NCBI GenBank assembly: GCA_963664305.2
Contig: CAXXLV010000002.1
Location: forward strand, 256,001-320,000
DNA: 64,000 nucleotides
Reading direction: 5' to 3'
DNA from: an uncultured Aliarcobacter sp.
GTDB lineage: Bacteria; Campylobacterota; Campylobacteria; Campylobacterales; Arcobacteraceae
Within the stretch, counting starts at the first letter, position 1. Every line of letters begins with the position of its first letter. The position numbers and the translations under genes are program-made. The notes below the pieces were generated by a model. That model saw only the letters and a program-made list of their open reading frames with translations, had not been told where the DNA came from and made no database searches. Below, piece after piece: positions 1-9,763 of the stretch.

Positions 1-1
1 A

Positions 2-238
2 AATATTTCAACAACTTTAGAGTTAATTGATAATGTAACATTGGCAAGTAAAGAACAAGCTACAGGAATGGTACAAATAAATGATGCTGTTAATAACTTA
101 GACCAAATAACACAAATAAATGCACAAAGTGCTTCTGAAGCAAATAATATTGCTCAACAAACTTTAGAAATTTCTAAAAAGATTATTGAACAAGCAGATG
201 CAAAAGAGTTCAATGGAAAAGATTCGGTTAGAGTTTAA
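2..238 (+). CDS. Methyl-accepting chemotaxis protein, C-terminal end (partial, runs off window start)
   Basis: Frame is open from base 2; ASKEQATGMVQINDAVNNLDQITQINA is a typical MCP signalling-domain tail. Confidence 0.85.
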   Translation, partial: NISTTLELIDNVTLASKEQATGMVQINDAVNNLDQITQINAQSASEANNIAQQTLEISKKIIEQADAKEFNGKDSVRV

Positions 239-254
239 ATTAAACTCTAACCCC

Positions 255-283
255 TTGCTTTTATTTTTTTATTCAGTTATACT
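255..283 (+). promoter_or_regulatory. Sigma70-like promoter
   Basis: TTGCTT (255-260), 17-bp spacer, TATACT (278-283). Confidence 0.6.
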
Positions 284-427
284 GTGTCCACATAAGATGA
301 ATTCGAGTTTCATCTGTTATTTGCCTTTTATTGATTCTCACACCGTTAATATTACTCATTTAGACAACAAGCTCATATTTATCTTTTAATAACTTCATTG
401 AATTGAAGAATAAAAAGGAAAAATAAT

Positions 428-574
428 ATGTCAATTACACATATAAAAACAAACAAAAAAATCGAAGTTTTATTAAGACTTTTACAAAATAATGAAAGTT
501 TAGAAGATGCTAGTTCAAAAGCTGGATTAAATATAGAAAAAACAAAACTTATTGTAAAAAGTAGAAATTTCTAA
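428..574 (+). CDS. Small unannotated protein (48 aa), possible HTH-like
   Basis: Read by hand: MSITHIKTNKKIEVLLRLLQNNESLEDASSKAGLNIEKTKLIVKSRNF. AAGGAA SD at 415-420, promoter upstream, hairpin at 577-598 downstream. Confidence 0.65.
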   Translation: MSITHIKTNKKIEVLLRLLQNNESLEDASSKAGLNIEKTKLIVKSRNF

Positions 575-596
575 TTAAAAGAGATGAAAAACTCTT

Positions 597-1073
597 TTAG
601 GGAATATAACTTAGTTTACTTTTTATAAAAGAGGTTGTATAAAAAATTTCTCTTAAAAATAAGAATAGAGAGATTATCAAAGAACTCATTGCAAGAATAA
701 AAAGAATTGCAATAAGAAGTGAATCTTTAAATTCGAAAATAGCACTTAAAAACATTGTAACAATTACTAAAGCTATTAATAATCCTGTTGTTGTACAAAA
801 TAAAATAGCTAAATTAGTATTTTTCATTCTCATTGTAAGGAATTTTCTTCTTTGTTCAATCTTTGAATAAATTTCTTCATTGTTTTTTAAAAGCTCTATA
901 TTATCATTTTCATATTTATCGAGTCTATCAACTTTATCAATAATTCTTGAAAGTCTTCCCGTAAATACATTTAAAAGTCCAGCAACTCCTGCAAGTAAAA
1001 AAACAGGTGCAACAGATAATTGTATTAGTTGCGAAACATTGTTTATTGTACTTGCATCAATTGGACTTATCAT
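597..1073 (-). CDS. DUF2721-family membrane protein
   Basis: IQLSVAPVFLLAGVAGLLNVFTGRLSRIIDK motif; three hydrophobic segments. Confidence 0.8.
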   Translation of the reverse strand: MISPIDASTINNVSQLIQLSVAPVFLLAGVAGLLNVFTGRLSRIIDKVDRLDKYENDNIELLKNNEEIYSKIEQRRKFLTMRMKNTNLAILFCTTTGLLIALVIVTMFLSAIFEFKDSLLIAILFILAMSSLIISLFLFLREIFYTTSFIKSKLSYIP

Positions 1074-1076
1074 AGT

Positions 1077-1454
1077 TTATTTCACTTCATCAATTAGTTC
1101 TAAAAGTTCTTCTTGTACTCTTTGTGCAAGTTCAATTAAATCAGGATTTATATCATCAACTGATTGTACTATAGAGTTTAATGTAATTGTTGTTTCACCA
1201 TCTTGTGTGTAAACAGCAATTCTGCAAGGCATAATTATAGATAAAGAAATATCTTCATTTAAAAATTCTTCTGCATAAGATGGTTTACAAATATCAATTA
1301 TTTGACACTCATTGTCTAAATTTTTACCTTTAGATTTTAGCGTTTCTTGAATATTTAAAACATTTAAAACTCCAAAACCATATTTTGATGCCACTTCTTT
1401 AACAGAATTTACAACTTCTTGAACACTTTTATTTGATATTTCTATATATTGCAT
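1077..1454 (-). CDS. DUF302-family protein
   Basis: GFGVL...IIDICKP...MPCRIAVY pattern. Confidence 0.8.
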   Translation of the reverse strand: MQYIEISNKSVQEVVNSVKEVASKYGFGVLNVLNIQETLKSKGKNLDNECQIIDICKPSYAEEFLNEDISLSIIMPCRIAVYTQDGETTITLNSIVQSVDDINPDLIELAQRVQEELLELIDEVK

Positions 1455-1490
1455 GATTTCCCTTTAAAAATTTTAATTGATTATAACAAA

Positions 1491-3116
1491 TTAGTTTTTA
1501 TAAAATGCTCTTTTTTTAACTTCAAGTTTATCAAACATACTTAACATATTTTTATAATCTTGATGTAAAGTTCTATTTATTAAATACTCTTTTCCTTCTA
1601 ATATATTTACAGCTCTTTGAATTTTTTCTTCACCATAAATATTAAAAAGTGATTCTTCATAATCATTCCATTCTAACTCATCATTTTGCATTCTAATAAG
1701 TTGAGCTACTAAATGTCCTAGTTTATTATTTGAAAACTCCAAAATTTCTAAAGCATCATCATACTCTTCTAAAAGCAATAAAAGTTGAGCTTTAAAATCT
1801 TGCATTGTAAAGTTTTCTTCAAAAATTACACCAATATAAAGTTGCATATTTAGTGAATCATCTAGACTATCAATTACATCTAAAATATCATTTGCATCAT
1901 ATTTTTCAAAGTTTAAAACCATATCACGAATTAGTTTTCCATTGTTTTTATTGTTATAAACCATATCATCAAGTGGATAAACTTCTGAAAAATTTGGAAC
2001 TATCATTTGACAAGAGTAAAAGTCTAAATAAGTATATTCTCTTAAATACATCTCTCTATCTTGAGATTTTAAAATGTCAAGTAAAAATGCATATTCTTCA
2101 TCACTACCATTTCCCTCATATTTCCAAGGAGCGTATTCAAAGCTTTTTTTAGCACTTAAAAACGGGAAACCTAACTTTCCATTTGAATCAATAAAGTGAG
2201 CTTCTAAGTTAAAACTATCACTTACTAAACTCATATCAAAAGTTGGAATTTCAAAGGCATCAAGATTTGTTAAATCTCTTCCTTGCATAAGTTCAGTCAT
2301 AGTTCGCTCTAAACTTACTTCTAAAATAGGGTGAGCTCCAAAAGATACAAATAAAGTATTATTTTTTGTATTTATAAGAGATATTGCAGTTACAGGGAAA
2401 ACTCCACCAAGACTTGCATCTAAAACTTCGATGATATAACCTAAGTCTCTTAACGCTTGCACATCTTTATATACTTTAGGAAAAGATTTTATTATCTCAT
2501 CTGGAAATTTTGGAAGAGCGTAACCTTCTTTGATAATCTCTATTTTTGCATATCTTTCAAATATTTCACTTAATGCTTGAACTTTTGCTTCATTTGCTGT
2601 ATTTCCAGTTGCTAGACCATTACTTACAAATAAGTTACTTAAGATATTTATTGGAATATATGTTTTTTCATTTGTTGATTGTTTTATAAACGGAAGAGCA
2701 ACTATTTTATCCATATAATCGCTGTTAAAATCAACTAAATCTTTGTCTTCAAGTTCATTTGTAGGATTATAGATTTTCTTTAATTCATCATTTAAATAAT
2801 CACCACCAAATTCAAATGCAACTTCATCTGGATAATATTTTCTATTTGGAAGATGGAAATCTATAAAAAAGTTGTTAGTTTGTAATCTTTCTATATATTC
2901 TCCAAATGCACTTGCTATTGAAGCATCTGAGATTACACCTTTCCCATTTGAATAGATATGGTTTGGAGCTTCATTTGAAGCTAAGTTCACAGAAAAACAG
3001 TTTTCTAAAGGATGTTTTTCTTGAGAAAAAGAGGCTTCACAGCCAACATCTTTTAATACTGCTTTCATTTTTAAAATTGATTGTTCAACGGGAGAGTTTT
3101 TTGATAGTAAATTCAT
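1491..3116 (-). CDS. ycaO: YcaO-like family protein (stand-alone, E. coli YcaO type)
   Basis: SNGKG...ASAFGEYIER, SNGLATGNT..EA..QALSEIFER and SFGAHP..ERTMTEL motifs. Confidence 0.85.
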   Translation of the reverse strand: MNLLSKNSPVEQSILKMKAVLKDVGCEASFSQEKHPLENCFSVNLASNEAPNHIYSNGKGVISDASIASAFGEYIERLQTNNFFIDFHLPNRKYYPDEVAFEFGGDYLNDELKKIYNPTNELEDKDLVDFNSDYMDKIVALPFIKQSTNEKTYIPINILSNLFVSNGLATGNTANEAKVQALSEIFERYAKIEIIKEGYALPKFPDEIIKSFPKVYKDVQALRDLGYIIEVLDASLGGVFPVTAISLINTKNNTLFVSFGAHPILEVSLERTMTELMQGRDLTNLDAFEIPTFDMSLVSDSFNLEAHFIDSNGKLGFPFLSAKKSFEYAPWKYEGNGSDEEYAFLLDILKSQDREMYLREYTYLDFYSCQMIVPNFSEVYPLDDMVYNNKNNGKLIRDMVLNFEKYDANDILDVIDSLDDSLNMQLYIGVIFEENFTMQDFKAQLLLLLEEYDDALEILEFSNNKLGHLVAQLIRMQNDELEWNDYEESLFNIYGEEKIQRAVNILEGKEYLINRTLHQDYKNMLSMFDKLEVKKRAFYKN

Positions 3117-3213
3117 TTAATTTTTTGTTCTCGATTCATATTATTTTTGTTAAAAGGTTAACAGTATAGCTAAAAAGAGTAGATTATGATACAATCAACA
3201 AAAAAAGGTAATC

Positions 3214-4560
3214 ATGTCATTTTCAAAATTAGGTTTGTGTTCAGAAATTCTTCGTGCAATTAAAGAAGAAGGATATACAACTCCAACTCCTATACAAGCG
3301 CAATCTATCCCAATAATTTTATCAAAAAAAGATGTTTTAGCAGGTGCTCAAACAGGTACAGGGAAAACAGCTAGTTTTACACTTCCATTACTTCAGAGAT
3401 TAACAAAATCAACTTCAAAAGATTCAAAATATCCAAAAGCTTTGATTTTAACTCCCACAAGAGAACTTGCAGCTCAAGTTGCACAAAGTGTAGAAACTTA
3501 TGGAAAATATCTTCCTTTTAAATCAGCAGTAATTTTTGGAGGAGTTGGAATAAATCCTCAAAAAGCTCTTTTAAAAAAAGGTGTTGATATTATTATTGCA
3601 ACTCCAGGAAGATTGATAGATTTAATCTCTCAAGATAGTTTGAATTTATCAAAAATAGAATTTTTGATTTTAGATGAAGCAGATAGAATGCTTGATATGG
3701 GATTTATAAATGATATTAAAAAGATTTTGGCTATCTTACCAAAACAAAGACAAAATCTACTTTTTTCAGCAACTTTTTCAACTGAAATAAAAAAGTTAGC
3801 AGATGGTTTACTTAAATCTCCTGTTTTAATTGAAGTAGCAAAAGCAAATAGCACTTCACATAAAGTTCAACAAATAGTTCATCATGTTGATAGAGACAGA
3901 AAAAAAGAGCTTTTAACGCATTTGATTAATAAAAATGATTGGAAACAAGTTTTAGTTTTTACAAGAACAAAACATGGAGCAAATAAACTAAGTGAAGCTT
4001 TAATAAAAGAAAATATAACATCATCAGCAATTCATGGAAATAAATCACAAGGTGCAAGAACAAAGGCATTGGATGATTTTAAAGAGGGAAAAGTAAGAAT
4101 ATTAGTTGCAACTGATATTGCTGCAAGGGGAATTGACATAGACCAACTTCCTCATGTAATAAATTTTGAATTACCAAATGTTGCAGAAGATTATGTTCAT
4201 AGAATTGGAAGAACTGGGCGAGCTGGAAATGAGGGTGTGGCTATTTCTTTAGTTTGTATAGATGAACATGAATATTTGTTTGGAATTGAAAGATTAATCA
4301 AACAGAAAATTAAAAAGATTGAAGTTGCGGGATTTAAAGTAAATCCAAATATTAAAGCTGAACCAATTGGAAATAAAGGGAATAGAAGTAAATCTAATAC
4401 TAATCAGAAAGAAAATCCAAAAAAACATTTCGGAAAGAAAAAAGATGAAAGTTCATCTATAAAATCAAAAAGTAAAAATAGATTTGATTCTAAAAAAAAT
4501 GAACCTTCATCAAACACTTCAAAAAATAGAAGAACTAATTCTAGATTTAAAAATAATTAA
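3214..4560 (+). CDS. rhlE: DEAD-box ATP-dependent RNA helicase (RhlE-like)
   Basis: [21 protein letters not shown] and HRIGRTGR motifs; basic C-terminal tail. Confidence 0.9.
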   Translation: MSFSKLGLCSEILRAIKEEGYTTPTPIQAQSIPIILSKKDVLAGAQTGTGKTASFTLPLLQRLTKSTSKDSKYPKALILTPTRELAAQVAQSVETYGKYLPFKSAVIFGGVGINPQKALLKKGVDIIIATPGRLIDLISQDSLNLSKIEFLILDEADRMLDMGFINDIKKILAILPKQRQNLLFSATFSTEIKKLADGLLKSPVLIEVAKANSTSHKVQQIVHHVDRDRKKELLTHLINKNDWKQVLVFTRTKHGANKLSEALIKENITSSAIHGNKSQGARTKALDDFKEGKVRILVATDIAARGIDIDQLPHVINFELPNVAEDYVHRIGRTGRAGNEGVAISLVCIDEHEYLFGIERLIKQKIKKIEVAGFKVNPNIKAEPIGNKGNRSKSNTNQKENPKKHFGKKKDESSSIKSKSKNRFDSKKNEPSSNTSKNRRTNSRFKNN

Positions 4561-4562
4561 TT

Positions 4563-4685
4563 TTAAAAATAACCAATTAAAGTATGATGTTTATACAAAA
4601 ATGACTTTATTTGGTTAAAAATTAAAGTTAAAACTTCTAAAATCTCATCCTGTAAACTTTTTTGTTTATATATTGATGTTTGCAT
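4563..4685 (-). CDS. Putative small protein (40 aa)
   Basis: Read by hand: MQTSIYKQKSLQDEILEVLTLIFNQIKSFLYKHHTLIGYF. AAGGAT lies 5 nt before the ATG and the ORF ends 2 bp from the rhlE stop. Confidence 0.45.
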   Translation of the reverse strand: MQTSIYKQKSLQDEILEVLTLIFNQIKSFLYKHHTLIGYF

Positions 4686-4782
4686 AATTTATCCTTTTTA
4701 AGATAATTTTTTATTTTAGCACTATTTATAATAATCATCAATAAATTTTGTTAAAATGAGGAATATTTGAAAAAGGCAATAG

Positions 4783-5544
4783 ATGTTTAAAAATATATGT
4801 ATTTTATTTTTTTTAATAATTTCTGCAAATCTTTTTGCACAAGATTTAGAAATAAAAAGAATATTTGATGAAAAAAAAGTTGAAGGTACGATTGTAATTG
4901 AATCGTTAAATAAAAAGAAAATTTATATTTACAATGATAAAAGAGCAGATAGCTTTTTTTCTCCAGCTTCAACTTTTAAAATTCCAAATACATTAATCGC
5001 TTTAAATGAAGGTATCGTAAATAAAGATTCTGTAATTGTTTGGGATAAAAAAGTAAGAGAATTTGACTCGTGGAATAAAAATCAAACTTTACAATCTGCT
5101 TTTAAAAACTCTTGTGTTTGGTGTTATCAAGAGTTTGCTTCAAAAGTAGGGCTTGAAAAATATAAAAAATATTTAGAAGATATTGATTATGGAAATAAAA
5201 CTTTAGGTGATGATGTAAAAAACTTTTGGTTAGATGAAAGTTTAAAAATCAGTGCTTTTGGAGAGATAAAATTTTTAAAAAGATTGTATCTAAATGATTT
5301 ACCTTTTAAACAAGATGATATAAACACTCTAAAAGAAATGATGATAGATGAAAAAAATGAAAACTATATAATCCGAGCAAAAACAGGTTGGGAAGGTAAA
5401 TATGGTTGGTATGTGGGATATGTTGAAACAAAAGATGATGTTTGGTTTTTTGCTTTAAATATTGATACCAAAACAAAAGAAGATTTGGCAAAAAGAAAAG
5501 CAATAACTTTAGAAGCTTTAAGAGTTGAGGGAATTATAAATTGA
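4783..5544 (+). CDS. blaOXA: Class D (OXA-type) beta-lactamase
   Basis: Signal peptide; STFK, SCV, YGN, FWLD and KTG motifs. Confidence 0.92.
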   Translation: MFKNICILFFLIISANLFAQDLEIKRIFDEKKVEGTIVIESLNKKKIYIYNDKRADSFFSPASTFKIPNTLIALNEGIVNKDSVIVWDKKVREFDSWNKNQTLQSAFKNSCVWCYQEFASKVGLEKYKKYLEDIDYGNKTLGDDVKNFWLDESLKISAFGEIKFLKRLYLNDLPFKQDDINTLKEMMIDEKNENYIIRAKTGWEGKYGWYVGYVETKDDVWFFALNIDTKTKEDLAKRKAITLEALRVEGIIN

Positions 5545-6407
5545 ATTATGAAATAAAAAATGAATATATAAAAGCAAAAATCAAATCATTGGGTGCTGAA
5601 CTAAATAGTTTACAAAAGTGTACAGATAGTTGTGAGTATATTTGGCAAGCAGATGATAAATATTGGGCAAGACATTCTCCTATACTCTTTCCAATAGTTG
5701 GAAGACTAAAAGAGGATAGTTATATTTATAAAGATAAAAAATATTCTATGTCGCAACATGGTTTTGCAAGAGATAAAGAATTTGAAGTTGTAAATAAAGA
5801 AGAGAACTTTATAGAGTTTAGACTTTGCAATGATGAAAAGAGTTTAGAAATTTATCCATTTTTGTTTGAACTAATTATTAGTTATAAAGTAGAAAAATCA
5901 AAATTAATAATCTCTTATAAAGTAAAAAATAAAAGTAATGAAATTATGTTTTTTTCAATTGGTGCACATCCTGCTTTTAATTGGAGTTTAGAAGAAAATT
6001 TAAAAAAAGAGGATTACTTTTTAGAGTTTGAAGTAACTAATTCAAAAAGATATTTTTTAGATAATTTAGGTTTAATTTATAAAAATATTGATTTGAAATT
6101 TGAAGATAAAAAACTATTTTTAAATGAAGAACTATTTAAAGATGATGCTTTAGTTTTTAATGATTCTAATATAAAACAAGTAGTTTTTAAAAGTTTAAAA
6201 AGTGATAAGTTTATAAAAGTAAATTTTGATAATTTTCCATATTTAGGTATTTGGTCAAAGCCTAGTGGTGCACCTTTTTTATGTATAGAACCTTGGTTTG
6301 GAGTTGCAGATGATGAAAATTCAAATCAAAAACTAGAAGAAAAAAGAGGGATAAATAGTTTAAAAAAAGATGAAGAATTTTCTTGTTTTTATAGTATAGA
6401 GATTTAA
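5541..6407 (+). CDS. Aldose 1-epimerase family protein (LacX-like)
   Basis: PILFPIVG, QHGFARD, GAHPAF and CIEPW motifs; TTG start overlaps the bla stop. Confidence 0.85.
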   Translation: MNYEIKNEYIKAKIKSLGAELNSLQKCTDSCEYIWQADDKYWARHSPILFPIVGRLKEDSYIYKDKKYSMSQHGFARDKEFEVVNKEENFIEFRLCNDEKSLEIYPFLFELIISYKVEKSKLIISYKVKNKSNEIMFFSIGAHPAFNWSLEENLKKEDYFLEFEVTNSKRYFLDNLGLIYKNIDLKFEDKKLFLNEELFKDDALVFNDSNIKQVVFKSLKSDKFIKVNFDNFPYLGIWSKPSGAPFLCIEPWFGVADDENSNQKLEEKRGINSLKKDEEFSCFYSIEI

Positions 6408-7111
6408 ATATCTTTTAAAAAACAACCATTTCCAAATGGTTGTTTTGAATAAAAAAGTTTTGAATGATTTACTATTAAGGCATGATATTCTTGATAAACA
6501 ATCACTAATTTTTTTTCATCAAAAATTTCTTTTTTTAGTTCACTTTCCATAAAATATTTTATATCATGGTATTTCACATTTTCAGGAAGCAGTTTATTAT
6601 GAACCAATAGACGTTTAGTATATGCATCTACTTTGAATTGAACTTGATTATATGCATATAAAAGTATAGAATCAGCAGTTTCAGGACCAATTCCTTTTAT
6701 AGCTAAAAGTTCTTCTCGTGTTGGAATTTTACCTTTTAGAGATTCAAAAAAATTGATAAATTCTAAAATATAATTTGATTTTTGGTTATGATACCCAGAT
6801 GGTTTGATAAGTAATCTTAACTCTTCAAGAGGTAATTCTTTGATTTTTTTATAGTTTAAAGAGTTGATATTATTTAAATTGTTTAGTGATTTTATAACAG
6901 AAGTAAATGTCGTATTTTGTGTTAAAATCGAACCTAAACAAACTTCAAATATCTCATCTTCATCTCTTGGAAAACTATAATCTAAAATATGATAACCATC
7001 GTTATTTCCCTCTTTTAAATCATTTTTTCCTTTATAATTTATAAAAGGCCACCAACCTTGGGGACCATAAGTATCATAAAGTTTTTGATAAATACTAAAA
7101 ACTTTATTCAT
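6404..7111 (-). CDS. HhH-GPD DNA glycosylase (endonuclease III-related / MagIII-like)
   Basis: ILTQNT, HhH LLAIKGIGPETADSILLYA, VDAYTKR, EYHALIV; no 4-Cys Fe-S motif. Confidence 0.8.
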   Translation of the reverse strand: MNKVFSIYQKLYDTYGPQGWWPFINYKGKNDLKEGNNDGYHILDYSFPRDEDEIFEVCLGSILTQNTTFTSVIKSLNNLNNINSLNYKKIKELPLEELRLLIKPSGYHNQKSNYILEFINFFESLKGKIPTREELLAIKGIGPETADSILLYAYNQVQFKVDAYTKRLLVHNKLLPENVKYHDIKYFMESELKKEIFDEKKLVIVYQEYHALIVNHSKLFYSKQPFGNGCFLKDI

Positions 7112-7114
7112 ATT

Positions 7115-7945
7115 TTAAATATTTTCTTTATTTACAGATTCATAAGCAATTAGGATTTTTTTTCGTTCAATTCCCCATCTATATCCACTCATAGCTCCAC
7201 TTTTAGCAATGACTCTATGGCAAGGAATCAAATATCCAATATGATTTCTTCCAATAGCACTTGCAATTGCTCTTACAGCTTTTGGTTTATCTAAATAATT
7301 AGCAATATCTTGATATGTTGCAACTATTCCATTTGGTAGATTTAATAAGGCTTTCCAAACATTTATTTGAAGATTTGTTCCTTTTACAAAAAGGTTATAT
7401 TTTTTATTTTTTATGAAGATATTTTCTAAGTATTCATTTGCAGCAGTTTCATCGTGAACTAAATTTGCATTTTCCCAAAGTTCATTGAAACGATTAAAAA
7501 TTTCAGTTTTATTTTCATCAATAAAACCTAGGTAGCAGATTCCTTTATCAGTAAATCCAATCAAAGCTTCACCAAAAGGAGTTTGTCCAAAACCATAAGT
7601 GATTTGTACATCTTTCCCTTTTTCTTTCCACTCTTTTGGAGTAACTCCAATCAAGTTTACAAAAAGTTCATGAAGTCTACTAGTACTTGATAGTCCAATA
7701 TCCAAACTACTATCTAGTATGGACTTGGACTCTTTTATATGCTCTTTTGCATAATTTAGCGTTACGCAATGCAAAAATTGTTTTGGAGTAACACCCACAT
7801 ACTCTTTAAATACTCTTATAAAATGAAATTTGCTCATACCTATATTTTTGGCAACTTCTTCAACACTAGGGTGTTGTTTGAAGTTTTCATCTATATATTT
7901 TATGGCTTTTTCTATTTGTTTATAAGTAGTATCTAAAGTGGGCAT
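7115..7945 (-). CDS. ada: AraC-HTH fused methylated-DNA--protein-cysteine methyltransferase (Ada-like)
   Basis: N-terminal AraC HTH; C-terminal IPCHRV active site and YRWG. Confidence 0.85.
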   Translation of the reverse strand: MPTLDTTYKQIEKAIKYIDENFKQHPSVEEVAKNIGMSKFHFIRVFKEYVGVTPKQFLHCVTLNYAKEHIKESKSILDSSLDIGLSSTSRLHELFVNLIGVTPKEWKEKGKDVQITYGFGQTPFGEALIGFTDKGICYLGFIDENKTEIFNRFNELWENANLVHDETAANEYLENIFIKNKKYNLFVKGTNLQINVWKALLNLPNGIVATYQDIANYLDKPKAVRAIASAIGRNHIGYLIPCHRVIAKSGAMSGYRWGIERKKILIAYESVNKENI

Positions 7946-7967
7946 TAATACTCCATATTATAAAATC

Positions 7968-9230
7968 CTAGAAAGTCGATTGATTGTAAATCACAAAACC
8001 AGAAGCTAATTCTTCTAATTCTTTGTTGATTTTAGCATGTAATGCTGAATCTTCAATGTTATCTAATACATCACAAATTTTGTTTGCAATAATTTCAAAC
8101 TCTTTTTCTTTCATTCCACGTGCAGTTAATGCAGGACTTCCTATTCTAATCCCTGAAGTAACAAATGGACTTCTTGTCTCTCCTGGTACTGTGTTTTTAT
8201 TTACAGTAATTCCAGCATTTCCTAAAGCTGCATCTGCATCTTTTCCACTGAATGGTTTATTTAAAAATGATACTAAAATTAAGTGATTATCTGTTCCACC
8301 ACTTACAATGTCATATCCTCTTTTTGTAAGAACTTCTGCTAATACTTTTGCATTTGCTTTTACTTGTTTTGCATAATCTTTCCATGATGGATCTAAAATT
8401 TCTTTAAATGCAACAGCTTTTGCAGCAATTACATGAACAAGTGGTCCACCTTGTAATCCTGGGAAAATAGCTGAATTTATTTTTTTAGCAATCTCTTCAT
8501 CATTTGTCATAATCATACCACCTCTTGGACCTCTTAAAGTCTTGTGAGTAGTAGTTGTAACAACATCAGCATATGGGAATGGACTCATGTGTTCACCAGC
8601 AGCAACAAGTCCTGCAATGTGAGCAATATCAGCAAATAAAATAGCACCAACAGCATCAGCTATTTCTCTGAATTTTTTAAAGTCAATTTCTCTTGCGTAT
8701 GCAGAAGCACCACATACAATTATTTTTGGTTGACAAATTTTTGCAATTTCCATAACTTTGTCATAGTTGATTCTACCATCTAATTCAACACCATAATAAA
8801 AAGCAGAATAGTTTTTACCAGAGAATGAAGGTTTAGAACCATGAGTTAAATGTCCACCATGAGATAAATCCATACCTAAGATTTTATCACCAGCACTTAA
8901 TAATGCAGCATAAACAGCACCATTAGCTTGGCTTCCAGAATGAGGTTGAACATTAGCATAAGAACAACCAAAGATTTTACAAGCTCTGTCAATAGCTAAT
9001 TGCTCAACTTGGTCAGCAAATTCACAACCACCATAATATCTTTTATAAGGATAACCCTCAGCATATTTGTTAGTGAAAACAGAACCCATAGCTTGCATAA
9101 CAGCTGGAGAAGTAAAGTTCTCAGATGCAATCATTTCTAAATGGTTTGTTTGTCTTTTTAATTCGTTTTCAATTATTGAAAATACTTCATTATCTGCTTG
9201 CTCTAAATTCGCACTTGTTATATAACTCAT
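7968..9230 (-). CDS. glyA: Serine hydroxymethyltransferase
   Basis: [28 protein letters not shown]. Confidence 0.98.
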   Translation of the reverse strand: MSYITSANLEQADNEVFSIIENELKRQTNHLEMIASENFTSPAVMQAMGSVFTNKYAEGYPYKRYYGGCEFADQVEQLAIDRACKIFGCSYANVQPHSGSQANGAVYAALLSAGDKILGMDLSHGGHLTHGSKPSFSGKNYSAFYYGVELDGRINYDKVMEIAKICQPKIIVCGASAYAREIDFKKFREIADAVGAILFADIAHIAGLVAAGEHMSPFPYADVVTTTTHKTLRGPRGGMIMTNDEEIAKKINSAIFPGLQGGPLVHVIAAKAVAFKEILDPSWKDYAKQVKANAKVLAEVLTKRGYDIVSGGTDNHLILVSFLNKPFSGKDADAALGNAGITVNKNTVPGETRSPFVTSGIRIGSPALTARGMKEKEFEIIANKICDVLDNIEDSALHAKINKELEELASGFVIYNQSTF

Positions 9231-9310
9231 ATTTGTTACCTCTTTAATTTAACTTTTTTATTTTGGAATAATAACTCAATTAATACTATTTAACAATCCA
9301 AAAATTGCTA

Positions 9311-9634
9311 TTATTCAGAAATTTCTTCCTCATCTTCTAGTTCTTCAATCTCTTTTACTTTTTTAATATCAGCTCTAGCAATAAGTTCTAAGTAGAAACT
9401 ATCATAACCTTCATTTGTAGCAAAATCAATAGATTTTGTTACATCAACAAATTTAATTTCATTTGCTTCATCTGCTGTTTTACCAAACTTACAATCAAAA
9501 GCCCAAAAATTAAAACCTTCAGGAGGTCTTTTACTTTTTTCTCTTTTTATATATTTTCTTACTTCATTTTTGATTGAATCAACTTGTCTATCTCTATTTT
9601 TATTTTTTACATTTATTTGGAACGTTTTTTTCAT
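9311..9634 (-). CDS. Conserved hypothetical protein (DUF6172-like)
   Basis: MKKTF...IKNEVRKYIKRE...FWAFDCKFG pattern. Confidence 0.65.
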   Translation of the reverse strand: MKKTFQINVKNKNRDRQVDSIKNEVRKYIKREKSKRPPEGFNFWAFDCKFGKTADEANEIKFVDVTKSIDFATNEGYDSFYLELIARADIKKVKEIEELEDEEEISE

Positions 9635-9763
9635 ATTAAATCCTTTGGCGCAATTATATCAAAAAAAATCAAATTACAAATTGATTATATTTTAATCAGT
9701 TCAATATAAAATAAACAATTTATTTTAAGATATAATTTTTTTTACAAAAAAAGAAAGAGGAAA

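Noticed and set aside
186..389. 67-aa plus-strand ORF
   Set aside because: It overlaps the MCP end, has no SD and spans a promoter and leader; probably spurious.
428..3116. RiPP cluster (YcaO with a small ORF as precursor)
   Set aside because: The small ORF is on the opposite strand, has no Cys/Ser/Thr-rich core, and no tailoring or export genes are present.
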